A DNA stretch of 64,000 nucleotides from Candidatus Magasanikbacteria bacterium RIFOXYC2_FULL_42_28 (GTDB lineage: Bacteria > Patescibacteriota > Patescibacteriia > Magasanikbacterales > GWA2-37-8): NCBI GenBank assembly GCA_001784435.1, contig MFQZ01000005.1:25015-89014 (forward strand). Direction: 5' to 3'. Numbering within the stretch: the stretch's first letter is position 1; each line of letters opens with the position of its first letter. Below the pieces are notes generated by a model that saw only the letters and a list, made by a program, of their open reading frames with translations, searched no databases and had not been told where the DNA came from. The position numbers and the translations under genes were made by a program. This document shows positions 19,056 to 28,264 of this stretch, piece by piece.

Positions 19056-19580
19056 ATGCCATATTTTGACATTGGTCTTATTATCATAATCGGAATTTTT
19101 GGATTAATTGGCCTTGCTTTTGGCCTTGTCCAGACCCTAGGCTCTCTATTGGGCATGATCTTGGGCGTATTTATTGCGGCGCGTTACTACGAGGTCGGCG
19201 CCGAGTGGATTACGAGTTTTACCGGCTGGGGAGGGAATTTCCCCAAAGTACTTATTTTTATCATTGCTTTTGTCATCATAAACCGATTAGTTGGTTTGGT
19301 ATTTTGGCTGATCAATAAAATACTTTCTATCGTAACCAGACTCCCATTTATTTCCAGCATCAATCGTCTTTTGGGGTTGGTGTTCGGAGTATTAGAGGGT
19401 GCCATCGGCCTCGGCATTATTTTATATTTTGTCGCCCGTTTTCCACTTGGAGAAACTTTTATGGGTGCGCTCGGTGCGAGCAGAATCGTGCCAATACTCG
19501 TGCATATGGCCGGAGTGTTAATGCCACTTGTACCGGAGGGCTTGCGAATTTTGCAAAGTACGATTGAGAGTTTGAGGTAA
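19056..19580 (+). CDS. CvpA family membrane protein
   Basis: DIGLIII N-terminus, NRLLGLVFGVLEG. Confidence 0.85.
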   Translation: MPYFDIGLIIIIGIFGLIGLAFGLVQTLGSLLGMILGVFIAARYYEVGAEWITSFTGWGGNFPKVLIFIIAFVIINRLVGLVFWLINKILSIVTRLPFISSINRLLGLVFGVLEGAIGLGIILYFVARFPLGETFMGALGASRIVPILVHMAGVLMPLVPEGLRILQSTIESLR

Positions 19581-19582
19581 TT

Positions 19583-20515
19583 ATGATTATTGACACGCAC
19601 TGCCATATTCAATTTCGTGGTTATGATAACGACCGCGCCGAGGTTATTAAACGTTGTCGCGAAAAAGACGTAATAATGAACGCCGTCGGCACGCAAATTG
19701 ATACTAGTCGCGCCGCCGTGGAGTTGGCCGAAGCCAATCCGGATATTTACGCTACCATTGGTTTGCACCCCATTCATTTATTTACGACACGCGTGGACGA
19801 AGAAGAATCATCTTTCTTAAGTCGCGAAGAAAATTTTGATTACGACGCGTATAAAAAATTAGGGCAAAGCGAAAAAGTAATCGCAGTGGGGGAGTGCGGT
19901 TTGGAATTATTTCATATTCCGCCCGAAGCCGACCGGGAAGCGATTTTAAAAAAACAAAAAAACGTTTTTTTGTTACAAGTTAAACTGGCCCAAGAATTAA
20001 ATGTACCACTAGTCATCCATGTCAGAGATGCCTATGACGAGATGCTGGAATTGCTATTGTCATTGCGAGGAGCGCAGCGACGCGGCAATCCCACCGTTAA
20101 ATTGCCACCCTACGGGTGGTCTGCCGTAGGCATGACTTCGCCTTTGGCTCGCAATGACATTAAAGGCGTCGTCCACTGCTATTCCGGCAACTGGCGCCTG
20201 GCGCAAGGATTTTTGGACTTGGGATTATATTTAGGGTTTACTGGTGTGATCACTTTTCCACCCCGCAAAACCAACCCACAATCAACTTTGGATTTGCTGG
20301 AAGTCGTCAAAAATGCTCCACTGGATAGAATTTTAATAGAAACTGACTCACCCTATTTAGCCCCTCAAGCATATCGTGGTCAAAGAGCCGAACCGTGGAT
20401 GGCTATTGAAAATTTGCGTAAAATCGCGGAGATTAAAGGATTGGATATGGCCGAAGTAACTGAAGCTGTCTTAAATAACACAAAAAAAATATTTACAAAA
20501 ATCAAAAACTGTTAA
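19583..20515 (+). CDS. tatD: TatD family hydrolase (with in-frame repeat insert)
   Basis: IDTHCH, GLHP, AVGECGL, IHVRDA, VHCYSG, IETDSPYL. Confidence 0.95.
   Translation: MIIDTHCHIQFRGYDNDRAEVIKRCREKDVIMNAVGTQIDTSRAAVELAEANPDIYATIGLHPIHLFTTRVDEEESSFLSREENFDYDAYKKLGQSEKVIAVGECGLELFHIPPEADREAILKKQKNVFLLQVKLAQELNVPLVIHVRDAYDEMLELLLSLRGAQRRGNPTVKLPPYGWSAVGMTSPLARNDIKGVVHCYSGNWRLAQGFLDLGLYLGFTGVITFPPRKTNPQSTLDLLEVVKNAPLDRILIETDSPYLAPQAYRGQRAEPWMAIENLRKIAEIKGLDMAEVTEAVLNNTKKIFTKIKNC
20058..20159. repeat. Family A element (TTGCGAG subtype), 102 bp, in frame inside tatD
   Basis: TGTCATTGCGAGGAGCGCAGCGACGCGGCAATC...CTCGCAATGACA encodes LSLRGAQRRGNP...PLARND. Confidence 0.95.
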
Positions 20516-20525
20516 TAACCTCCCC

Positions 20526-20563
20526 AAAAATCCCTTGACTAAATAGGGATTTTTTAGTAAAAT
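20526..20563 (+). promoter_or_regulatory. atp operon promoter overlapping a terminator hairpin
   Basis: TTGACT(20535)-17nt-TAAAAT inside AAAAATCCCT...AGGGATTTTT. Confidence 0.7.
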
Positions 20564-20592
20564 ATGGGCGTCTTTAAAAATTCCATTTTTCT

Positions 20593-20841
20593 ATGGAAAA
20601 TAAGCCAAAAACAAGCGACCGCGCTTATTATCTCTTTGCTTTGCGCATAGTTGGCGATTTTGGCGCATCCATTGCCGTGCCGGCGGTTTTAGCCGCTTTG
20701 GTTGGCAATTGGATTGATGAAAAATTTAGCACCTATCCGTTATTTGTCGCGTTATTTTTACTTGTCGCTGGTTTACTGACAGCTAAATCCATAATGAAAA
20801 AGGCGAAAAAATACGGAGAAGAATACGACCAATTAAAATAA
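20593..20841 (+). CDS. AtpZ/AtpI family protein
   Basis: Two TM segments, GNWIDEKFSTYP motif, first gene of the atp operon. Confidence 0.85.
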   Translation: MENKPKTSDRAYYLFALRIVGDFGASIAVPAVLAALVGNWIDEKFSTYPLFVALFLLVAGLLTAKSIMKKAKKYGEEYDQLK

Positions 20842-20950
20842 TTTCAAAATCCAAATTTCCAATTTCCAATCAAATCCAAAATCCCAATATCAAATTTGAC
20901 ATTTTGGCTTTGACATTTATTTGACATTGGATATTGAAAATTTGACATTT
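20841..20950. repeat. Family B element between atpZ and atpB
   Basis: Heptad palindrome containing four TTGACA hexamers. Confidence 0.9.
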
Positions 20951-20959
20951 CGTTCAACT

Positions 20960-21736
20960 ATGCATATTCCAACATTAGCACCGGAAATACTATTTTATCT
21001 ATACGGCTGGCCGATAACCAATACTATTATCAACGCCTGGCTCGCGATACTGATTTTTTTGGCGCTGGGAATTTTTATCAAACGAACGATTAAACTCCGC
21101 CCGGGCACTTTGCAAAATGGCGCGGAATATTTTTTAGAAATTTTATTGGGATATTTTGACCAAGTGACCGGCGACCGCAAACGCACTCTGAAATTTTTAC
21201 CAATTGTCGGTTCGGTCTTCTTTTTTATTTTACTTTCTAACTGGCTCGGTCTGATTCCCGGCACCGGCAGTATCACTTATAAGCACGAATTTTTATTGCG
21301 TCCGGCCAACACGGATTTAAATTTGACAGTGGCAATGGCGCTCGTGGCCGTGGTGTCTTCGCATTTGTTTGGTTTGTTTACCGTCGGAATTTTCACGCAT
21401 TTAAATAAATTTATTCAAATTGGCACGTTTTTTAAAAGTTTAACGAAAGGCCCAGTGGCTATTCTCACCGCGATAATTGAATTGGGTGTGGGATTGATTG
21501 AGATAGTATCGGAAATTGCTAAAGTGGTTTCATTGTCCTTGCGGTTATTTGGAAATATTTTTGCCGGCGAAGTTTTGATGACGGTAATGGCGAGCTTAGT
21601 TGGGCTATTATTACCGACACCATTTATGTTATTGGAGTTATTGGTCGGATTAATTCAAGCCGCGGTATTTACGATGTTAACGCTGGTTTATTTGACCGTG
21701 GCGACGACCGATCCGCACGCCGAAGAAGCGCACTAA
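20960..21736 (+). CDS. atpB: ATP synthase Fo subunit a
   Basis: SNWLGLIPG, SLSLRLFGNIFAGE, IQAAVF; start reassigned to MHIPTL. Confidence 0.95.
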   Translation: MHIPTLAPEILFYLYGWPITNTIINAWLAILIFLALGIFIKRTIKLRPGTLQNGAEYFLEILLGYFDQVTGDRKRTLKFLPIVGSVFFFILLSNWLGLIPGTGSITYKHEFLLRPANTDLNLTVAMALVAVVSSHLFGLFTVGIFTHLNKFIQIGTFFKSLTKGPVAILTAIIELGVGLIEIVSEIAKVVSLSLRLFGNIFAGEVLMTVMASLVGLLLPTPFMLLELLVGLIQAAVFTMLTLVYLTVATTDPHAEEAH

Positions 21737-21815
21737 AAATTGAAGACTGAAGATTGAAGATTAAAAAAAATACTTACACCAATCTTCAATCTTCGATCTT
21801 TAATTTATAAATTTC
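21737..21815. repeat. Family D element between atpB and atpE
   Basis: GAAGACTGAAGATTGAAGATT...AATCTTCAATCTTCGATCTT. Confidence 0.8.
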
Positions 21816-21883
21816 GATCAAACCCCGAATTAAAAATAATCCAAACAAATTCGGAGGTGAAAATCGAGGAAAGATAATATAAT

Positions 21884-22105
21884 ATGGAACACGAATCAAT
21901 CGTGGCGATGTCAAAAGCATTCGCTATGGCAGTGGGTGGCATGTTTCCGGCGTTGGCCATTGGCCGACTGGTAGCAAAGGCCATGGAGTCAATCGGACGC
22001 AACCCAGAATCAGCTGGTAAGTTGTTTGTCCCGATGTTGCTCGGCGCCGCGTTTGCCGAAGCGATTGCGATTTACTCGCTGGTGGTCGTATTTACTCTCA
22101 AGTAA
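21884..22105 (+). CDS. atpE: ATP synthase Fo subunit c
   Basis: IGRNPES loop, AFAEAIAIY with the essential Glu. Confidence 0.95.
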   Translation: MEHESIVAMSKAFAMAVGGMFPALAIGRLVAKAMESIGRNPESAGKLFVPMLLGAAFAEAIAIYSLVVVFTLK

Positions 22106-22107
22106 TT

Positions 22108-22147
22108 CTACTCATCGGATTTATTTTTTTAAGTCCGATGGGATAGG
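22108..22147 (+). other. Stem-loop immediately after atpE
   Basis: CTCATCGGATTTA...TAAGTCCGATGGG; no clear U-tail. Confidence 0.6.
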
Positions 22148-22156
22148 ATTGTTTAA

Positions 22157-22266
22157 AATTTCAAAATCCAAATTTCCAATTTCCAATCAAATCCAAAATC
22201 CCAATTACAAATTTGACATTTTGGCTTTGACATTGATTTGACATTGGAAATTGGAAATTTAACATT
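22157..22266. repeat. Family B element between atpE and atpF
   Basis: Near-identical to 20841-20950, same orientation. Confidence 0.9.
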
Positions 22267-22279
22267 AATCACTAAAACT

Positions 22280-22822
22280 ATGTCTCAAAATCTCACTACT
22301 GAAACCGTCGAGGAAACAACCGCTGATGCCGGCGTCCTCGCTTCGCTCGGCCTAAATGGCCAACAATTTACTTACCAACTTATCAACTTCGCCGTCGTAG
22401 CCGTAATTATTTGGTATTTAATTTTAAAGCCTTTAACCAAAAAATTATCCGAACGTCAAAAAATGATTGACGACAGTATTGAAAATTCCAAAAAAGTTCA
22501 GGAAAATTTAACTAAGGCCGAACGCGATTATCAAAAGAAAATTGATGATGCCAAAGCGGCCGCCGGGAAAATTTTAGACGATGCTAATTCCGAAGGTAAA
22601 AAATTAGGCGCGGATTTAAAAGATCAAGCAAAAAAAGAAATTGAAAATTTGGTCGTACAGGCCAAACGCAATATCCAAATTGAACAACAAGAAATGGTGG
22701 TAAAACTAAAAGGGGAAACAGCGAATTTAATTATTGCCGCGCTTGAGAAAATTTTGGAAGAAAAAATGGATGATAAAAAAGATAAACAGTTGATAGAGAA
22801 TGCAATCAAAAAATTGCAGTAA
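22280..22822 (+). CDS. atpF: ATP synthase Fo subunit b
   Basis: QLINF, KPL...ERQKMI, coiled coil; start reassigned to MSQNL. Confidence 0.9.
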   Translation: MSQNLTTETVEETTADAGVLASLGLNGQQFTYQLINFAVVAVIIWYLILKPLTKKLSERQKMIDDSIENSKKVQENLTKAERDYQKKIDDAKAAAGKILDDANSEGKKLGADLKDQAKKEIENLVVQAKRNIQIEQQEMVVKLKGETANLIIAALEKILEEKMDDKKDKQLIENAIKKLQ

Positions 22823-22828
22823 TTTTTT

Positions 22829-23221
22829 ATGAAAAAAAAACGCAGCGCCAAACAATACGCCGTTGCCCTCCACGAATTAACTGAGGGAGCCAGCGGTAAA
22901 AAATTAGACGCAACTTTAAAAAAGTTCGTGGAAATTTTGGCGCGCGATCGTAAATTAAAAAAAGCGGAAAATATAATGAAAGAATTTGAAAAATACGCGC
23001 AGAAAAAAGCGGGGACTACGGCACTGACAGTTTACTCCGCGCGCGCGCTCGCAAAATCGAGTTTAGATAAGATAAATGATGCTTTCGGAGGAAAAACAGC
23101 GATCACGACCGAAGTGACACCGGAAATTCTCGGAGGCATAAGAATAAAAACAGAAGATAAAATTTTAGACGCCAGTTTACTAAAACAATTACAAATTTTA
23201 AAACAAAAAATTACCAAATAA
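22829..23221 (+). CDS. atpH: ATP synthase F1 subunit delta (short)
   Basis: QYAVAL, ILGGIRI...ILDASL; operon position. Confidence 0.85.
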   Translation: MKKKRSAKQYAVALHELTEGASGKKLDATLKKFVEILARDRKLKKAENIMKEFEKYAQKKAGTTALTVYSARALAKSSLDKINDAFGGKTAITTEVTPEILGGIRIKTEDKILDASLLKQLQILKQKITK

Positions 23222-23229
23222 ATAATTAA

Positions 23230-24726
23230 ATGAATATGTCCAATAACCAAATTGTCAACGAACTAAAAAAACACATTGCCGAATTTGAAAAAACCGTTGA
23301 AGTCGAAGAAGTCGGAACCGTAATTGAAATTGGCGATGGTATCGCGCGCATGAGCGGTTTGACCAAATGCCAATCCCAAGAAATGTTGGAATTTCCCGGT
23401 GGCGTATTTGGCGTCGCTTTGAACTTGGAAGAAGAAACCATCGGCGCGGTGGTATTGGGTGAATACAAAAAAATTAAAGAAGGGGATACGGTCAAACGCA
23501 CCGGTCGCATTTTGTCCGTACCGGTTGCCGACAGTATTATCGGTCGCGTGGTTGACGCGCTCGGTGAACCAATTGATGACAAAGGCCCAATTAAAGCGGA
23601 GAAGTATTATCCTTTGGAAAAAATCGCTCCGGGCGTAATGGCGCGCCACCCGGTGCATGAGCCGGTACAAACCGGCATCAAAGCGATTGACGCCATGATT
23701 CCAATCGGTCGAGGTCAGCGCGAACTTATCATTGGCGACCGTCAAACTGGTAAAACCGCGATTGCCGTGGACGCGATTATCAATCAAAAAGGCCAAAACA
23801 TGAAATGCGTGTATGTCGCAATTGGTCAAAAAGAATCCAAAGTTGCCCGTATTTATGCCAAACTGCAAGAAGCGGGCGCCATGGAATATACTACTATCGT
23901 AGTAGCGGGCGCGTCTGATCCGGCGGCGATGTCATTTATCGCGCCTTACGCGGGCGTGGCGATTGCGGAATATTTTGCTGATAAAGGTGAGGATGTTTTG
24001 GTAATTTATGATGATTTGACCAAACAGGCCTGGGCCTATCGCGAAATTTCTTTATTACTTCGCCGTCCACCCGGTCGCGAGGCGTATCCGGGCGATGTTT
24101 TCTATTTACATTCTCGTTTACTGGAACGCGCTTGCAAATTAAATGAAGAAAATGGCGGAGGATCAATTACGGCCTTACCAATTATCGAAACTCAAGCCGG
24201 CGATGTTACCGCTTACATTCCCACGAACGTAATTTCCATTACCGATGGTCAAATTTTCTTGGAGACCGATTTATTTTATCGCGGTATTCGCCCAGCATTA
24301 AACGTTGGTATTTCCGTATCTCGCGTCGGTGGCTCCGCCCAATTGAAACCAATGAAAAAAGTGGCCGGTAAATTAAAATTGGCCATGGCACAGTTCCGCG
24401 AGCTGGAAGCGTTCGCGCAATTTGCTTCGGACTTGGATCCGGAAACAAAAAAACAAATTGATTTGGGTCAACGCATGACTGAATTATTAAAACAACCGCA
24501 ATACAGTCCGATGGCGGTAGATGAACAGGTGGCAGTAATTTATGCCGTGAGTAATGGTTATTTCAATCACATTGAAGTAAAAAATGTCAGCGAAGCTGAA
24601 ACGAAATTTTTGGTAATGATGAGATCTGGTGAACGCGCTTTACTTTCTAAGATTGCAAAAGGGGATTGGGATGATGCGATTGAGGGTGAATTGAAAATTG
24701 CTTGCGAAAAATTTAGTAAGAATTAA
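23230..24726 (+). CDS. atpA: ATP synthase F1 subunit alpha
   Basis: [31 protein letters not shown]. Confidence 0.98.
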   Translation: MNMSNNQIVNELKKHIAEFEKTVEVEEVGTVIEIGDGIARMSGLTKCQSQEMLEFPGGVFGVALNLEEETIGAVVLGEYKKIKEGDTVKRTGRILSVPVADSIIGRVVDALGEPIDDKGPIKAEKYYPLEKIAPGVMARHPVHEPVQTGIKAIDAMIPIGRGQRELIIGDRQTGKTAIAVDAIINQKGQNMKCVYVAIGQKESKVARIYAKLQEAGAMEYTTIVVAGASDPAAMSFIAPYAGVAIAEYFADKGEDVLVIYDDLTKQAWAYREISLLLRRPPGREAYPGDVFYLHSRLLERACKLNEENGGGSITALPIIETQAGDVTAYIPTNVISITDGQIFLETDLFYRGIRPALNVGISVSRVGGSAQLKPMKKVAGKLKLAMAQFRELEAFAQFASDLDPETKKQIDLGQRMTELLKQPQYSPMAVDEQVAVIYAVSNGYFNHIEVKNVSEAETKFLVMMRSGERALLSKIAKGDWDDAIEGELKIACEKFSKN

Positions 24727-24733
24727 TTTTTAT

Positions 24734-24855
24734 TGTCATTCCGAACGAATGTGAGGAATCTCCATCCCAATCACAAACCGAATGGAGATCCCTCGCTCGC
24801 CTTGGCGAAGCCTATCGGCGAAGCCAGGTCGACGCGAGTCTCGCTCGGGATGACA
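24734..24855. repeat. Family A element with nested extra hairpins between atpA and atpG
   Basis: TGTCATTCCGAACGAATGTGAGGAATCTCCAT...ATGGAGATCCCTCG...CTCGGGATGACA. Confidence 0.9.
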
Positions 24856-24874
24856 GTTGAGTATATAATACACT

Positions 24875-25840
24875 ATGGCCGTAAACACCAAAGCCATCAA
24901 ACGCCGCATCAAATCTGTTGGTAATACTAAAAAAATTACCAAAGCCATGGAAATGGTCGCGGGCGCAAAAATGAGAAAAGCCGTGGAAAGCGCGATTAAT
25001 ACTCGCACCTATGCCACGCTGGCTTGGGATTTGCTTGTGAAATTATCCAAACAACAAAAAGTAAAATTACCATTATTGCAAGTACGTCAAGTAAAAAAAT
25101 TATTAGTTGTATTGATTACTTCCAACCGCGGTTTGTGCGGAAGTTTTAACGCCAATATTATTCGCAAAACTGCTGAACAATTAAATAATCCGGTAAATAT
25201 CGGCCGTCAACGCGCCAAAAACGGCCATTTGGAACCGGTAAAAGATTTAGCAATTGATGTTATTGGTGTTGGTAAAAAAGGCGCGGACTTTGCTCGCAAA
25301 ATGAAATATAACTTAATTGCATCATTTTCTGAATTTTCCGATACGCCAAAATTGGATGATATTTGGCCGATTAGCAAAATGGTTTTGGAAGAATACGAAA
25401 AGAAAAATTATGACAAAGTAATTGTCGCTTATACCGATTTTAAATCAGCCATTACTCAAACCGCGAAATTGCGTCAGGTTTTGCCGATTTCCGAAGTGGA
25501 TTTGGAAAAAATGTTGCGCGACTTAGGAGAGCATGGAGATGACGCGACCGATATTGCTGTCGTTGAACCAAAACTGGAAATTGATGAATATTTATTTGAA
25601 CCAAACGCACAAACGGTGCTGTCAATAATTTTACCAAAATTAGTAGAAACGCAAATTTATCAAGCGACTTTGGAATCCGCCGCGTCCGAACATAGCGCTC
25701 GGATGATGGCAATGAGAAACGCTTCCGATGCCGCGCGCGATATGATTAAAGAATTAAATTTGAATTTTAATAAAGCTCGCCAAGCCGCGATTACGCAAGA
25801 AATTGCGGAGATTGCGGGTGGAGCGGCGGCGTTAGGATAA
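24875..25840 (+). CDS. atpG: ATP synthase F1 subunit gamma
   Basis: KKITKAMEMVA, RGLCGSFN, ARQAAITQEIAEI. Confidence 0.97.
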   Translation: MAVNTKAIKRRIKSVGNTKKITKAMEMVAGAKMRKAVESAINTRTYATLAWDLLVKLSKQQKVKLPLLQVRQVKKLLVVLITSNRGLCGSFNANIIRKTAEQLNNPVNIGRQRAKNGHLEPVKDLAIDVIGVGKKGADFARKMKYNLIASFSEFSDTPKLDDIWPISKMVLEEYEKKNYDKVIVAYTDFKSAITQTAKLRQVLPISEVDLEKMLRDLGEHGDDATDIAVVEPKLEIDEYLFEPNAQTVLSIILPKLVETQIYQATLESAASEHSARMMAMRNASDAARDMIKELNLNFNKARQAAITQEIAEIAGGAAALG

Positions 25841-25878
25841 AAATATTTATAAATTTTTAAAAAAATATTAAACATTGA

Positions 25879-27258
<1,380 letters not shown>

Positions 27259-27278
27259 ATTTAAATTTGGTAGTTTAC

Positions 27279-27404
27279 ACGCGACGTATGGGTTTGCCTC
27301 TCGCCACCGGTGTCGTCCCGACCTCGGTCGGAACGCACCTACCGCTCAGATTTATGCGAATAAATCTTCCGCGAGTTGACTCAAGGCAAACCCATACGCC
27401 GCGT
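27279..27404. repeat. Structured element copy 1 (long closing stem, conserved core)
   Basis: CGCGACGTATGGGTTTGCCT...AGGCAAACCCATACGCCGCG; core shared with the inverted copy 2. Confidence 0.8.
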
Positions 27405-27426
27405 TAGCTGGTCTATAAAATAACTA

Positions 27427-27534
27427 GCAGATATATTGGCTTACCTTGAAGCAACTCGCGGAGCCGAGGCGAGCGGTAGGTGCGGCCGGTCGCAGGGACG
27501 ACACCGGTGCTGAAAGGTAAGCCAATATAGCTGC
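27427..27534. repeat. Structured element copy 2 (inverted relative to copy 1)
   Basis: GCAGATATATTGGCTTACCTT...AAGGTAAGCCAATATAGCTGC; its reverse complement shares CACCGGTGTCGTCCC, CGCACCTACCGCTC, TCCGCGAGTTG and TCAAGG with copy 1. Confidence 0.8.
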
Positions 27535-27550
27535 GTAAAATAATCACGCT

Positions 27551-27988
27551 ATGGGAACATTACACTTCAAAATCGCCACACCGGAAAAAGTTGTCTATGA
27601 AAAAGATATTTTTCAGGTTTCTATTCCAACCACGATGGGGGAGATAACAATTTTACCTCACCACATTCCGTTAGTATCGGTTTTACAAACCGGGGAAATG
27701 CGCGTAAAAGATGCCGAAGGTGAACACTTAATTGCGATTGCGGGTGGGTTTATGGAAGTGCGCGGTAAAAATGAAGTTGTTGTTTTAGCAAGTAATGCGG
27801 AATTGGAGACTGAAATTGATTTGGACCGAGCGGAAAAGGCGCGCCAAGCGGCCATTGACCAAATGGCGAGAGCAAAAGCAGGCGAAGATATTGATTTTGC
27901 GCGACTTCAAGCCACGGTTGACCGCGAAATGAACCGCTTAAAAATCGCCCGAAAATACCGCAAATTACCCCCACCTAAAGAAAATTAA
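27551..27988 (+). CDS. atpC: ATP synthase F1 subunit epsilon
   Basis: IATPEK, GEITILPHHIPL, IAGGFMEV. Confidence 0.95.
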   Translation: MGTLHFKIATPEKVVYEKDIFQVSIPTTMGEITILPHHIPLVSVLQTGEMRVKDAEGEHLIAIAGGFMEVRGKNEVVVLASNAELETEIDLDRAEKARQAAIDQMARAKAGEDIDFARLQATVDREMNRLKIARKYRKLPPPKEN

Positions 27989-28015
27989 AACTGGGGATAA
28001 GTGCTTGACAAATCC

Positions 28016-28042
28016 AAACCGGCTGTTCCAGCCGGTTTTTTA
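28016..28042 (+). terminator. atp operon terminator
   Basis: AAACCGGCTG-TTC-CAGCCGGTTTTTT. Confidence 0.8.
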
Positions 28043-28076
28043 TTATGGTATAATAACAGTGTTTAATAACATCAAT

Positions 28077-28208
28077 ATGGATGAAAAATGCACTTCTTGC
28101 GCCATCACCATGGATGACCAAGAACAAACTTGCTCCTGCAACGATTCTTTGTGTCGGCGTTGTTGTGATTGTGAGAATGGGTGCGGATGTGAATGTAAAG
28201 CCAAGTGA
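28077..28208 (+). CDS. Cys-rich metallothionein-like peptide (43 aa, 11 Cys)
   Basis: MDEKCTSC...CSC...CRRCCDC...CGCECKAK; extended -10 TGGTATAAT about 25 nt upstream. Confidence 0.65.
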   Translation: MDEKCTSCAITMDDQEQTCSCNDSLCRRCCDCENGCGCECKAK

Positions 28209-28264
28209 AAACAAAGGAAATCCGCGATTGTGCCTAAGCGGTAGTTAAGTTTACACTTTTAATT

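Noticed and set aside
20841-22266. Heptad repeats as a CRISPR array
   Set aside because: No constant repeat with unique spacers and no cas genes
20921-22279. N-terminal extensions of AtpB (20921) and AtpF (22238)
   Set aside because: The TTG starts come from TTGACA within family B repeats; downstream ATGs give normal proteins
24733-24924. Short ORFs such as MSFRTNVRNL (also 31791-31991 and 53845-54030)
   Set aside because: They are translations of family A repeats overlapping real genes
27455-27512. Group II intron domain V resemblance (GAGC...TGCG...TCGCA)
   Set aside because: The pairing register is not kept in the other copy; no domain VI and no RT gene
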